From the IMG/VR virus record IMGVR_UViG_3300035210_000189, positions 88,441 to 152,440 of that record: a stretch of DNA of 64,000 bases; one strand, 5' to 3'. This document shows positions 27,593-38,255 of this stretch, in pieces. Origin of the DNA: a virus. The notes under the pieces were generated by a model. It did no database searches and was not told where the DNA came from. It saw nothing but the letters and a program-made list of their open reading frames with translations. Positions within the stretch are counted from its first letter, which is position 1, and each line of letters opens with the position of its first letter. A program made the translations under genes and the position numbers.

Positions 27593-29101
27593 ATGTCAAA
27601 AATCACCACAGAAGATTGCAAATCATTCCTTTTGGATCTATATAAAGACATAAAAGTCGTCAATTGGAAACGAATTCGTAAATTTAAAGACGAAAATGGT
27701 GATGTTTGTCGAGAATTTAAGCACTCTGATGGTATATCCGTTACTTTAATCGAAAAAAATGGTCAATTATCCGTTTTAATCCCGCAGGATTATCAAGTAT
27801 TACTGTCCAGCAAACCAATCAGCAAAACGACTGTAAACACCGAAAAACCTAAGAATGTTTCGATACTATCATTTGCGGATGAAAGTGATAAAGAACACTT
27901 AAAAAAAACAGTATTTACGCTATTTGATGATGCTCAACAAAAAGTAGCTAAACGATTAGTGAATGCTTTCGTAAAACCAAAAGAAGATCCAGTTGAGCCT
28001 GATTCGAGTGCAAAAGGCTTTCAAGCGATTCCCAATCTTATCTATTTCTCTTTCCTTGAAGATGCCAATCCAGATGAATCTGAATACTTGGAAGAAATTG
28101 CTGCAGGTATGAATTTTAAGGCTCCGATGAGAGATATTGCTGTCTTTTTTATGCCTAGCACCGTTAAATCATTTTGTGACCATATTTCACCCTTGATAGA
28201 GGCGTTCCTAACACTTCCACTGTATGAAGTCGAAGAGATGTCTTTTAAAATTAATGATTGTGATACACCCCTTAGTGTGACTGATGTATTTGAAGAACTT
28301 TGCAAAGCAGGATTTGTGTATAACCCAGATGGTTGTGCTTTGAAAAACTTGTTTACTCAATATCACATGGTGCCTACTGAACCTGTTATTGATTTAAATG
28401 ATAAGACTGCAGAATACAAAAAAGGTTTTTTGTCTGCACTGAAAAAAGATGACGTTACTAAAATGAAAGCATTAATTGATTCAGGTATGCCACTTAATTT
28501 CAAAGTGGGTGGTCAATCGCTATTAGGTAAAACCATGCATGAGAACAAACTGGAATGTTTTAAGTATCTTTTAACACTCTATTCTAATACGGCTAATACT
28601 GGCAATGGTGCTGTTGAACAGGTGTGGGAGCATGTCTGGTGGCCGAGTGATTGTTCTCGATACTTTATGGCTAATGCTTTCTATGACTTTACAGATTCCA
28701 ATAAGAATGCACATCGTCATTTAGTGACGACATTGGTTCACCATACTGCCTATTTTGAAAAAATGAAAGAGATCGTTAATCCAGAGCTTTTCTCTGTTGC
28801 TTGTTTGGAAACTACATTAACCTATGATAGAGCTTATCCGGTTTTCAAGGATTCTGTTAAAAAAGCAATAGTTGAATATCCAGCAACTGTTTCATCCAGT
28901 AAAGAAATGGTTGAGCAACTTGAACATGGGTTTATTATTCCACCTATTTTAGAGCTTTTAGCGAGTAGTTCTTGCACCTTTGATAATAAGACTGTCTTTG
29001 AAGTTGTTCAGGCTAAAATAGACAAAATAGGACACGACCCAAAGGGCTATCGTGATAAAATTGAAATCTATAAAGCATTCTTGAAGAAGTATTGTCGTTA
29101 A
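27593..29101 (+). CDS. large protein with ankyrin-like repeat
   Basis: ALKKDDVTKMKALIDSGMPLNFKVGGQSLLG...LECFKYLL. Confidence 0.6.
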   Translation: MSKITTEDCKSFLLDLYKDIKVVNWKRIRKFKDENGDVCREFKHSDGISVTLIEKNGQLSVLIPQDYQVLLSSKPISKTTVNTEKPKNVSILSFADESDKEHLKKTVFTLFDDAQQKVAKRLVNAFVKPKEDPVEPDSSAKGFQAIPNLIYFSFLEDANPDESEYLEEIAAGMNFKAPMRDIAVFFMPSTVKSFCDHISPLIEAFLTLPLYEVEEMSFKINDCDTPLSVTDVFEELCKAGFVYNPDGCALKNLFTQYHMVPTEPVIDLNDKTAEYKKGFLSALKKDDVTKMKALIDSGMPLNFKVGGQSLLGKTMHENKLECFKYLLTLYSNTANTGNGAVEQVWEHVWWPSDCSRYFMANAFYDFTDSNKNAHRHLVTTLVHHTAYFEKMKEIVNPELFSVACLETTLTYDRAYPVFKDSVKKAIVEYPATVSSSKEMVEQLEHGFIIPPILELLASSSCTFDNKTVFEVVQAKIDKIGHDPKGYRDKIEIYKAFLKKYCR

Positions 29102-29110
29102 TAGATTATT

Positions 29111-29680
29111 TCATCCAAAATAATCCTTGTATCTCTCATACCTATCAATTAAAGCTTTGGCTACACGATTATCAGTTTGTTGTGCAGCCAAGATCTTAGC
29201 TTGATCTAATTTGAAACTAAGCCATACACTGTGAGCTTGATCGGCTGTATCATAGATTCCTAAATACTTTTGACCATTTCCAAGCGTTCCACACCTTGAT
29301 TGATATTGATTACCATGTTTAGAAACACCAACAGGAAGGTTTTGCCCAGCTTTTTCAGTAATAAAAACATTAACAACACTACTCACAAATACGCAAGTTT
29401 CAGGTCCATATTCTTTGTTGTTAGGAAAGAGTAAATCTTTATCCAATTGCTTTCCATCCCAATCTTGTGTTTCCATCCACATCTTAAATTGTGTAAAATA
29501 TTTCCAATCTTCAATTACATAACAGTTTGCGTAGGCTGGATGTCTAGCTATTTCATAATCATTATAACACCGACATAGCATATCTTTCCATTTACGAAAG
29601 TATGGACAAGTCCATGCTGATGTTCTTGTTGTATAGTCAGCATCATTGACACCAACACCGTAAATCAATTTTTTGCCCAT
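29111..29680 (-). CDS. phage-type HNH-like endonuclease with AP2-like C-terminus
   Basis: YGVGVND; LDKDLL.P.NK.YGPETCVFV...N; YLGIYDTADQAH. Confidence 0.8.
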   Translation of the reverse strand: MGKKLIYGVGVNDADYTTRTSAWTCPYFRKWKDMLCRCYNDYEIARHPAYANCYVIEDWKYFTQFKMWMETQDWDGKQLDKDLLFPNNKEYGPETCVFVSSVVNVFITEKAGQNLPVGVSKHGNQYQSRCGTLGNGQKYLGIYDTADQAHSVWLSFKLDQAKILAAQQTDNRVAKALIDRYERYKDYFG

Positions 29681-29822
29681 GATATCACCTTAATTTTTAA
29701 CAATTCATAAGTTTCATTACATGTTAACTCACAAATATTGTATAGCAATTCTTTTTTTTTGTTTTTTTTATGATTAAAAAAAAGCCCCACTACTGTGAGG
29801 CTTTCTGTTTTAGGTGATTTGA

Positions 29823-30539
29823 TTACAGGAAGTGAGCAGCACTTTTTGGAGTCAGCTCATAACCATAGGATTTCAAAAACTCCTTATCAAATGCAATGAT
29901 TTGATCGCGGTTTTCAGTGAAATGTTCAGGCTCTTCAATTTTGTTGGCTGGGATGGCCGTTGCACTGAATATGTTGCCATACAGTTCAACCAGTGCCATT
30001 TGATTAGCATCAATGGTGCCAATCATGTGAATAGGCGTTGGATCGAGTTTTTGTTCCCAACCAATAATATCAGTTTGACCATTAACCAGACCAGACATCG
30101 AATCAATGGCGGCGACCATCAAAGCAAAAGCATTTTCTGGCATAGAGCTTGTTTCGTCTGTCATATAGCCGAACAGAGATACCTTTTCACCTTCGTTGGG
30201 AACCAAAGTCACTTTCTTACGCGATTTTGCGACACTGCCATAACGATATTTGCGATAACCATCAATCATGTTTTTGTAGGCATCTGCTGGCTTACCATCC
30301 ATGTGACCTTGAAAAAGTTCCAGATAAGCCGGTAGGTTCTTCATCATCTTGTTGGTAACACCCAAGCAGACATGATCAGAAGAGTGGTGATAGTTGGACA
30401 CGATAATCTTATCAGTCAGGCTGTAGCTCTTAGGCACTCGCTCAGCAGCATGCAGACCAAGACGACGTTGTTCTTGAAACAAAGGGATATTATCACGATC
30501 AATGTCATGACGAATGGCGATTAGAACTTGATTACCCAT
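29823..30539 (-). CDS. hypothetical protein
   Basis: GGAG SD; 238 aa. Confidence 0.75.
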   Translation of the reverse strand: MGNQVLIAIRHDIDRDNIPLFQEQRRLGLHAAERVPKSYSLTDKIIVSNYHHSSDHVCLGVTNKMMKNLPAYLELFQGHMDGKPADAYKNMIDGYRKYRYGSVAKSRKKVTLVPNEGEKVSLFGYMTDETSSMPENAFALMVAAIDSMSGLVNGQTDIIGWEQKLDPTPIHMIGTIDANQMALVELYGNIFSATAIPANKIEEPEHFTENRDQIIAFDKEFLKSYGYELTPKSAAHFL

Positions 30540-30690
30540 TTTTGTATCTCCGTTGGTTTTGATGTGTCTATTTTACTTAAAATGAATAAGGATGTACAGT
30601 TTTTTATTCTTTTTGTATGGGCATTATTTATCTTTTATTTTTAGCCTTGATGTGATATACTTGTAATCATTTTATCTTAGAGGCATAGCC

Positions 30691-31443
30691 ATGACCAACA
30701 CATTCAGAGAAACTATTTCTTCTGTTCTTACACTTAGTGATAGTAGTCTTGTCTTGATGGATGAGCTTTTTTCTTTACGTGAGGAATTAAAAAGAAAAAT
30801 ATGTAAAGGTATTTCTGATATTGAACAGGCATTGTCGGTGGATTTTAGCTATTCTGTGATGGATTCTGTTGATTCAGTGACCATTACCGATCATTATAAA
30901 GAAAAACCAAGTAATTTCCAACATCAACCAAAATGGATGATACCTAATGATGATAAAGTCTATAATTACAAGATGACACGTTATCAACAACATGGACAAA
31001 AGGTATTTAAATTTGAAGGCGATAAAACGATAAAACTAAGAGCAAAATCATTTGCTTTTGATTTGCCACAATCAAATTCTTCCATTTTTTATCTTACATT
31101 TGACGATTATTTTAATGTGGTGTCTGTTGTTTTTGTATCGTCTACAAAAGACATGGGTAAGTTTTCTATCAAAAAAATCAGTTTACAATTTAATCAGCAG
31201 TTGAAGTTGACGCATTATGAATATAAGCATGAAAGTCTTAGAGAGCGATTTGAGCGAACTATTAAAAAAACTTCTGATAGATTAATGAGTCTTGATGATG
31301 AAATTATTTTATGGCAACTATTTTCAAATCGGTCAGATGACATTAAAGAGCTTATTCCTGAGTATTATATTCCATCTGCTTATAATTTTAAGACACAAGA
31401 ATTTTCGGATCGTTTAAACGTACTTTCTATGTTAATTCTTTAA
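30691..31443 (+). CDS. family-B protein
   Basis: Ends LIPEYYIPSAYNF...RLNVLSMLIL. Confidence 0.75.
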   Translation: MTNTFRETISSVLTLSDSSLVLMDELFSLREELKRKICKGISDIEQALSVDFSYSVMDSVDSVTITDHYKEKPSNFQHQPKWMIPNDDKVYNYKMTRYQQHGQKVFKFEGDKTIKLRAKSFAFDLPQSNSSIFYLTFDDYFNVVSVVFVSSTKDMGKFSIKKISLQFNQQLKLTHYEYKHESLRERFERTIKKTSDRLMSLDDEIILWQLFSNRSDDIKELIPEYYIPSAYNFKTQEFSDRLNVLSMLIL

Positions 31444-31458
31444 AACAGGTGCATTAAT

Positions 31459-32163
31459 ATGTTAACTGTTACAAAAACTGACATCAAAGATCAAGAGCTT
31501 GTCAAAAAGTTCTTGATGCCACCCGACTATATATCTTATGATGACTTCATTGATCACTGCATCAATCAGATTACTGTAAAAGTTCAATCTATCATGGATG
31601 ACCTTAGTATTAAAATGAACGCTCGATTAAAATTTGGCTCACATTCATTTTTGGATGGACTTGATGATTCGCTTATCATCGCTTTAATGAAAATCTGTTT
31701 TAAAAAAGAAGTTGTTGATGGACAGATTTTTTGTGTTGCCAATTTCAATGGGATTTTGTCATTTGAATGTGGAACCTTTGATTTCAAATTTAATCAATCT
31801 TATTCTTATTTCCATGTCATAGTTAATGAAGAACTCGAATTAACTGCTTTCGAATATTCATCTGTCGTTTATGATAGCCAAAATGTTAACAAACGAGTTA
31901 ACTTAAAATTCGATCAGAATGCGAACCTTACTGAATATTTGTATAAAGTAGACTCTAGTTTTTTTGGATGGTCTGTTGAGCGTTTAAAAAGTAAAAAGAT
32001 GTTGTGCCCTTATGCTGATGAATTGTTTCTACATAATTCAATTGCTCACCGAACACCCTTGATGAATGATCTGTTTCCTGAGCTTTCTATAATTGGTGTC
32101 TATGATTTTTCGTCACCTGAATTTAAACGTAAACTAACTTTATTTGAAATGTCATTAATTTGA
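31459..32163 (+). CDS. family-B protein
   Basis: Ends LFPELSIIGVYDF...KLTLFEMSLI. Confidence 0.75.
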   Translation: MLTVTKTDIKDQELVKKFLMPPDYISYDDFIDHCINQITVKVQSIMDDLSIKMNARLKFGSHSFLDGLDDSLIIALMKICFKKEVVDGQIFCVANFNGILSFECGTFDFKFNQSYSYFHVIVNEELELTAFEYSSVVYDSQNVNKRVNLKFDQNANLTEYLYKVDSSFFGWSVERLKSKKMLCPYADELFLHNSIAHRTPLMNDLFPELSIIGVYDFSSPEFKRKLTLFEMSLI

Positions 32164-32177
32164 TTACGGAGACTATT

Positions 32178-32798
32178 ATGACTGAACTTGAACATTATAT
32201 CCAATCCAAAAAGAATGATATTAAAGAAAAAATTTATAATTGTATTTTAAAGATAGATCAGCACTTCAATATTAAACTAGATTATGATTTAACAGACGTT
32301 GGTAATGATATTATTATTAAAGGTGTTGATGAGTATTCTTTTACTGTTTCAAAATGGTTTCAATCAAAGATCAATCCTTGTAATTTATTGAAATTTAATT
32401 GTGCTGGATTTCCTTTTGTCCTTCCTAATAGTCATAAGATGATTTTTTTCATTAGGTTTAATGATGATTTTGATATTGAACAAGCTCAATTTAGAACTTC
32501 CTTTTTAACTAAGAAAGGTAATATCACTGGACTAAAGATTTTTTTTGACAAATCCCTTGAGTTGGGTCTTATCGAGAATAGTTATATTCCAAGTGGTGGT
32601 GGCAAAAGCAGTTATAGTTTAAAAACATCAGAATTGATGTGTCCATTTTTAGATGAGGTTATTTTGTTTCGACTGTCTTACAACACAAATGAAGAGGTTA
32701 AAGAACTGTTGCCAGAATATTACATCCCGTCAGCTTATGATTTTAATTCTGTAGAATTTGCAGATCGTCTGAAAGTGTACAGCATGTTGACACTTTAA
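32178..32798 (+). CDS. family-B protein
   Basis: Ends LLPEYYIPSAYDF...RLKVYSMLTL. Confidence 0.75.
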   Translation: MTELEHYIQSKKNDIKEKIYNCILKIDQHFNIKLDYDLTDVGNDIIIKGVDEYSFTVSKWFQSKINPCNLLKFNCAGFPFVLPNSHKMIFFIRFNDDFDIEQAQFRTSFLTKKGNITGLKIFFDKSLELGLIENSYIPSGGGKSSYSLKTSELMCPFLDEVILFRLSYNTNEEVKELLPEYYIPSAYDFNSVEFADRLKVYSMLTL

Positions 32799-32858
32799 TA
32801 TTGACTGTTTTTCTTAGGTGGTATACAATAACGAGCTACTTCAACTACGAGGTGATCT

Positions 32859-33416
32859 ATGTCGGAAGAATCCATTAAAATTTATTTCAGTGCTGATACA
32901 TATAACTCAATCGAAGAATTTAAAAAAGATGTACTTGCTAATTTTACAACCATTTTGACAGAATTGTCAGCTATTTTTTATGTCGATAGACATATTGATG
33001 TAGACAATTTCAAACCTTTATTTAAAACTGAAACAGTTTATAAAGTCGCTCATCATATTTCAAGTAAAACCATTAATTATGTGCTTATTTTAAATCAACC
33101 ACATTTCAAGTTGAAAGATAACATCTTTGTAGGTGATCTTCAGCTCAAAGATATTACATTGAATCAACACTTTGAACTCGATCATATTAATCTGCAATAT
33201 TTCTTGTCTGATGTTTGTGTGAAACCCCATGTTTTTGAGTTAATCAAAATTAAGCATTCCGTAAAAGAACAAGATAATGATATTCGAGTGCAATATGGTA
33301 TAGACAGTTCAAACAATGAACAACTTGTTATTAATGGCCCTTTGAAAGAAGCTGTCGATCAGGCTGTTATTTTATTTCAAAAAGTTAAAACTAATCTAAT
33401 GGAGAAATCAGTGTGA
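32859..33416 (+). CDS. hypothetical protein (paralog of the next gene)
   Basis: GAGGTG SD; EEFK / FKP / EAV..A pattern. Confidence 0.7.
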   Translation: MSEESIKIYFSADTYNSIEEFKKDVLANFTTILTELSAIFYVDRHIDVDNFKPLFKTETVYKVAHHISSKTINYVLILNQPHFKLKDNIFVGDLQLKDITLNQHFELDHINLQYFLSDVCVKPHVFELIKIKHSVKEQDNDIRVQYGIDSSNNEQLVINGPLKEAVDQAVILFQKVKTNLMEKSV

Positions 33417-33949
33417 ATAGAGACTTAATTATATCAGTAGATGCCAATTTATTTCCAACTGCAGAAGACTTTAAAGCCCATATGTATGGTGTATTTGAAA
33501 AAGCCAAGCCTTCTATTTTTGATATTGTTGGTCAATCATTCGAGATGAATTTTGATGACCTAAAACCAGTTGTTAAACCGGTTGCTGTTAAAAAAGATTC
33601 CAATGTCCCAAAGATGACATGGACATACCAGATGACTTTTGATAATCCTGTACCATTTAAAGCTCAGTTAGATCTTGGAATGAAATCAAACTTTGAAGTA
33701 AGCATTGATGAATCATTTAAACCTTCCGGTGGTCTTACTTTATTCTCAACTCATGATGGTGTGAGCGTAGACTTTCAATCAATTAAAATTTACTTTTCTG
33801 CTGATAGTCCATTCAGGATAATCAAAATTAAGTATAAGAAATCAATCACTGATGATGTGGTTAGTCATGAGGAAGCTTTTGATGGCACAGTGCTTGAAGC
33901 AGTTAATCGAGCGAAAGAGTTCTTTGCCAGTGTTGATTACTCTTTTTGA
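33413..33949 (+). CDS. hypothetical protein (paralog of the previous gene)
   Basis: EDFK / LKP / EAVNRA pattern; GTGA overlap. Confidence 0.7.
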   Translation: MNRDLIISVDANLFPTAEDFKAHMYGVFEKAKPSIFDIVGQSFEMNFDDLKPVVKPVAVKKDSNVPKMTWTYQMTFDNPVPFKAQLDLGMKSNFEVSIDESFKPSGGLTLFSTHDGVSVDFQSIKIYFSADSPFRIIKIKYKKSITDDVVSHEEAFDGTVLEAVNRAKEFFASVDYSF

Positions 33950-33999
33950 AATAGCATTTTAATATGTTAAAATAGATTAAAATAACAAAGAGAACTATT

Positions 34000-34677
34000 A
34001 TGAACCACAAGCTAGTTACCATGAATAAATTTGTAGAAACTGCAACCGCATTAAAAAGTGATTTATTGAATTTAAACAGAGATGTCAGCTTAGATGAATT
34101 TAAACAAACTTTTCATAAATTTGGGTTGGTTGTTGATGACGGTCAGTATGAGCTTTTCAATATGTATCATAAAGCACACATGTTTCCTATGATGGCAGAA
34201 GGTATGGTTGTTAACACAGTAACTATAAGTGATGGTCATTATAATGATCTTAACACACCGCCAGAACTACTCAGCTTTCAACCTATCACTGATGGATCAT
34301 CTTCTGCTGTATTGAAAGAAGACATCTTAAAAAGATTAGAAGTTTATCAAGCGGACTTTAAAGACATCAAAAAAATACCAAAAGAAAGTGTTATGGGTAA
34401 AATGAAAGACAATATGTTTGTAGAAGCTTACGAGGCTGTTCAAAAGGATCTTTCTAAGTTATTCAATAAACATGGTGTAACCACTAACTATGAAGCTAAC
34501 AAAGGAATAATTAAAGCTGCTAAACAGATTGACAAGTTTCCAATAGCTACTTCTGTTAGCGTTAATAACCTTGTGTCTCGCAGAATTCAAGAAGGTCTTT
34601 TACTTGAAGCACAAGTGTCTAAAAACAACATTAAACCAAGTGAACCTAGTAACAAAAAAGGAATATTCATTGCTTAA
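34000..34677 (+). CDS. hypothetical protein
   Basis: 225 aa; terminator follows. Confidence 0.7.
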   Translation: MNHKLVTMNKFVETATALKSDLLNLNRDVSLDEFKQTFHKFGLVVDDGQYELFNMYHKAHMFPMMAEGMVVNTVTISDGHYNDLNTPPELLSFQPITDGSSSAVLKEDILKRLEVYQADFKDIKKIPKESVMGKMKDNMFVEAYEAVQKDLSKLFNKHGVTTNYEANKGIIKAAKQIDKFPIATSVSVNNLVSRRIQEGLLLEAQVSKNNIKPSEPSNKKGIFIA

Positions 34678-34772
34678 CAACAACGCCCATTTCGATGGGC
34701 TTTTTTGTATCCTTGAAATGTGAGTAAACTTATATTATAATGAGAACTACTTAACCAACCTCGGAAACAAAA

Positions 34773-35015
34773 ATGCACACTCGCAATACACTTCATTTGA
34801 ATGACCAGCAACTTGACCTTATCGAAAACATTCTTTCTACTACACAGCTCGATATTACGGATGATTTCGTTGTTGAACAACTTGTCAATGAAGGTATTAT
34901 GCGTTATCCCGCCGAACAAGTTATACAATATCGATCATTCTATCTGAGCAATCAATGCTGTGATTCTCAAACACCTCTCCGTCATGGAAGAATAACATCG
35001 AATAAAGCCGCTTGA
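34773..35015 (+). CDS. hypothetical protein
   Basis: Promoter upstream. Confidence 0.55.
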   Translation: MHTRNTLHLNDQQLDLIENILSTTQLDITDDFVVEQLVNEGIMRYPAEQVIQYRSFYLSNQCCDSQTPLRHGRITSNKAA

Positions 35016-35166
35016 TATTTTGTATTTCATTATCCTCATGTTTGTGAGGATTTTCTTTTTTCTAATGAATATTCTTTATAAATCCTTATTATTTCGAGGA
35101 TTTCTTATTGAAAATATTATTTTTAGTGTTATCGTGAAAAGAAGCAAACGTAACTATTATAATATT

Positions 35167-35748
35167 ATGGATCAATTAGCAGAGTTATTTACAAAGCAAA
35201 CCTATCAAGAAGATGGCATTACACAAGGACAAGTAATTAGTCTTGCCAAGCATCACAAAAAAACACATTCACAAATCATACTAAGCCTTTCTAAAATTGA
35301 AGGCTTAAATTTGATTGAGTCTGTCGATTCTTTTGCAAAAAGAAAAATAAACACAAGAAACCAAGAAGGATACCTTTTCAAAGACGGGTCTGTTCTGGTA
35401 AAATCCAATGGCACCTTCGTTGCTTTCACGATTGATGAAAGTTCTTTATGGTTAAGAGGACTTGGCACACAGCCTTTCGATCTTGCTGCAGTTTATGCTG
35501 GTGCCGCATTTACCCTTCGATCTGGTGTGTCGTTTTCAGTCGTTGAAATTGATATTGCAAAAAATTTACCATTGACAATAAAGCTAGATAATGATCAGTC
35601 TATCATTGTATACAAAAATGATGGTAAATCAGACAATTATCAGTTCTCAGCTTATGATTTACTGCTTGTCACTCAAACAGATAGTATCTTTCCTGCTGCT
35701 GGTGGGAACAAAAGAAACACGAATATTTTATCAATGCTGTTGAAATAA
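35167..35748 (+). CDS. hypothetical protein
   Basis: Likely start at ATG 35167. Confidence 0.65.
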   Translation: MDQLAELFTKQTYQEDGITQGQVISLAKHHKKTHSQIILSLSKIEGLNLIESVDSFAKRKINTRNQEGYLFKDGSVLVKSNGTFVAFTIDESSLWLRGLGTQPFDLAAVYAGAAFTLRSGVSFSVVEIDIAKNLPLTIKLDNDQSIIVYKNDGKSDNYQFSAYDLLLVTQTDSIFPAAGGNKRNTNILSMLLK

Positions 35749-35784
35749 GTAACACTTCATGCTATAATTGAGAAAAATTCGGAG

Positions 35785-36147
35785 ATGATCATGTTAAAGA
35801 CGCTAAGTAGACTGTTCAGCACAGAAAAACGTGTGCTCGCTGTTGTTTTCAATGATGGTAAAGTATTAATTTTCAATGAGAAGAACTTGGAACGCAATTC
35901 TCATCTATCCACTTATGTTACCGATGACCTCAAAATCGTTGGGAAAGAAGCGGAAGGTGTTCAGTCAGCAAAGATTGATTACTATGATGGTATGATTGCT
36001 ATGCCAGAACAAACATTGTATTCAATTCCTTACGACCAAGAGAAACGTCCAGACACTTCGCCACTACTGCCAAAATCGGTGCGTAACGCGGTATGGAACT
36101 TTCTGGAAGGTGCAGAAGATAAAGTTCAAATAAAAATGGCGTCGTAA
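35785..36147 (+). CDS. hypothetical protein
   Basis: GGAG SD; terminator follows. Confidence 0.65.
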   Translation: MIMLKTLSRLFSTEKRVLAVVFNDGKVLIFNEKNLERNSHLSTYVTDDLKIVGKEAEGVQSAKIDYYDGMIAMPEQTLYSIPYDQEKRPDTSPLLPKSVRNAVWNFLEGAEDKVQIKMAS

Positions 36148-36219
36148 GGCGTCTTTTTTATTGCCTAAATTTGGTAATTTTGTTATAATTCATCCACACA
36201 AACCACAGAGTTAATCAGC

Positions 36220-36639
36220 ATGATTATCTACCATTGGACAACGGTTAAACAAGCACTCAAAGCACTTCAAACAAATACACTCGTAAAACGCCGTTGGGGT
36301 CATTTCATTCCCGAGGTTGGTGCTATTGTGAAAGGTACTAGTTGGTCACAAGAACATTCTAAGTGGCAATGCGACCATCCAGTATGCTTCATGCTTGACG
36401 CTTCCAAAATCAGCAATGAAAAATATCATATCAATGGTAATCAAACCTATCTCAGAACCCAAGGCATGATCAATAAAGACTTTGATCCTAATGCTTGGCA
36501 GTATGAAAGCAACATTCCAGACGAATGCTTTGTGGTTGGCGATATTGTATCGCTCAAAAAGAGCCTAATCGGGATGTGTTTTGCGGATGGTGTTCCAATG
36601 TCTATCAAGAACGAAGTTCAGGCCGCATTTGGCATTTAA
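36220..36639 (+). CDS. hypothetical protein, possible ADP-ribosyltransferase fold
   Basis: N-terminal YHWT, central TSWS, late DECFV. Confidence 0.5.
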   Translation: MIIYHWTTVKQALKALQTNTLVKRRWGHFIPEVGAIVKGTSWSQEHSKWQCDHPVCFMLDASKISNEKYHINGNQTYLRTQGMINKDFDPNAWQYESNIPDECFVVGDIVSLKKSLIGMCFADGVPMSIKNEVQAAFGI

Positions 36640-36704
36640 ACCTTGTTTACGTGGTCATTCTTTGGTATAATAACTTACTTTCAAAGAGCTTAGGAGCTTT
36701 TACA

Positions 36705-37232
36705 ATGCCAACTAAATACATTCGTCATCAAGATCGCTTTGTTGTGTTTCACGAAAAGATTGTTCATAGTGACATGGCCCATCGTCTTTTCGGTCATGAC
36801 AAGTTGATTCATGGTGCAGGATTTATTAAGCTTGTTCTTGAGGAAGACAAAATTCAAGCGAAGTGCGAGGGTAAGAGCGAATCATTGCGTGTAGGCACTC
36901 GACGTGATGACCACACTCATGTCTTGAATGCCATCGGTGTTGAGAACAATGATGAAGTTGAACATGCTAAATACGTCATCTGGCGTGGTAAGGCTGTTAT
37001 CTTCTCTAACGAGTTGGAACACAAAGCTGTTGCAGAAGCCGCTTTCTTGGGCAGTTCGGATTGTGAGAGTGCTGGTTTCATCAAGTTCATCTTTACAGCG
37101 GCTGGTAAAATCAAAGTCCACTGCTACGGTGAAAGCATGAGTCTTGGTGTTTCGGCTCAGAAAGGTGATGATAAAACGATTGCCGATCTGATGGGTATTC
37201 CACAAGCTAGCCTGCATGTAAGCCCACGGTGA
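36705..37232 (+). CDS. protein built from two tandem copies of one domain
   Basis: KY....VF....H...A...AGFIK......C.G.S.SL.V occurs twice. Confidence 0.75.
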   Translation: MPTKYIRHQDRFVVFHEKIVHSDMAHRLFGHDKLIHGAGFIKLVLEEDKIQAKCEGKSESLRVGTRRDDHTHVLNAIGVENNDEVEHAKYVIWRGKAVIFSNELEHKAVAEAAFLGSSDCESAGFIKFIFTAAGKIKVHCYGESMSLGVSAQKGDDKTIADLMGIPQASLHVSPR

Positions 37233-37256
37233 TTTGTTAGTATTTAATACGGAGTT

Positions 37257-37481
37257 TTGACGATGACGAAGCCACTGAATAAAAATGTGCAGTTTGTGAA
37301 GGTTAAATCTGGATGTGCTGTTGCAGCCGATATTCCTTATCGTGTAAAGACGTTTGGTGATAAAGAATGTGTGGTTATCATTGATAAAAAAGCAAACACC
37401 ATGAGTAATGATGTTTTGTATCAAGACATGGATTGCTACAAAGCTGATCAGCAAGTAAAGTTGATGCAAGCTCGACGGTAA
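37257..37481 (+). CDS. hypothetical protein
   Basis: GGAG SD; terminator follows. Confidence 0.6.
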   Translation: MTMTKPLNKNVQFVKVKSGCAVAADIPYRVKTFGDKECVVIIDKKANTMSNDVLYQDMDCYKADQQVKLMQARR

Positions 37482-37532
37482 TTGCTGTTTATTGATAACA
37501 AGAAAGGTAGCCTGAGCTACCTTTTTTATTTT

Positions 37533-38141
37533 TTAATTCATTAAACCTTTAATTATATACACTGGAAATAGTATTATATATCCAACTATTATGAATGGAA
37601 AGGCGATTGTCATTCCAAGAGCACGACCTATTTTACTCATAGTTGAGGGTTTGCCACTAGATTTATCAAAATTCTCTACTTTAATTTCATAGTTGTATAT
37701 TTTTTGTTCTTTTTCTTCAATTGTAGATGTTTTATCAAGCATTCCTTTATTTAGCTGGCATCCCGTCTTTGTTATTTTAAAATCCACTGTTTCAGTGTAA
37801 GACAAAGATTCACTGTTATAGATATCTTGTAGTTTTGATTCCTTTAATACTGTTTTAACAGTTCCTTTGTAATCAGTTTCAGCATTAGTTTTACAATCTT
37901 CCTGATTATAGAAAGCACTGACTTTCTTTATCATTACAATTTCATTTTTTGAGTTCTTTCTATATTCAAAGTTGTCACCATTTTTATTCACGTCAGTTAA
38001 GTTGACAACTTCTTCCTTTTTATCATTCATTTTTTTATCGTAAACTACGATTTGTGGTTTGCCAGCACAACCAACTATACTCATTATTGTTAATGCCACA
38101 GTAGTCATCTTAAATCCATTTTTTATGCTTTTAAAGTTCAT
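37533..38141 (-). CDS. lipoprotein with C-terminal TM segment
   Basis: Lipobox IVGC; shares E.CK / Y.Y.I / C-terminal hydrophobic pattern with 38256-38918. Confidence 0.7.
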   Translation of the reverse strand: MNFKSIKNGFKMTTVALTIMSIVGCAGKPQIVVYDKKMNDKKEEVVNLTDVNKNGDNFEYRKNSKNEIVMIKKVSAFYNQEDCKTNAETDYKGTVKTVLKESKLQDIYNSESLSYTETVDFKITKTGCQLNKGMLDKTSTIEEKEQKIYNYEIKVENFDKSSGKPSTMSKIGRALGMTIAFPFIIVGYIILFPVYIIKGLMN

Positions 38142-38255
38142 TAAAAACTCCAAGGTTATCTTATATATACTATTATATAGCATACAATAATACTTATAGC
38201 AAACCAACAAAAAAGCTAACACGAAGTTAGCTTTTTATTTGTTTCTTAATGATAA

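Noticed and set aside
18560-37469. Long antisense ORFs (18560-19159, 23709-24221, 29832-30335, 36882-37469)
   Set aside because: They fully overlap better-supported genes that have SDs, promoters and terminators.
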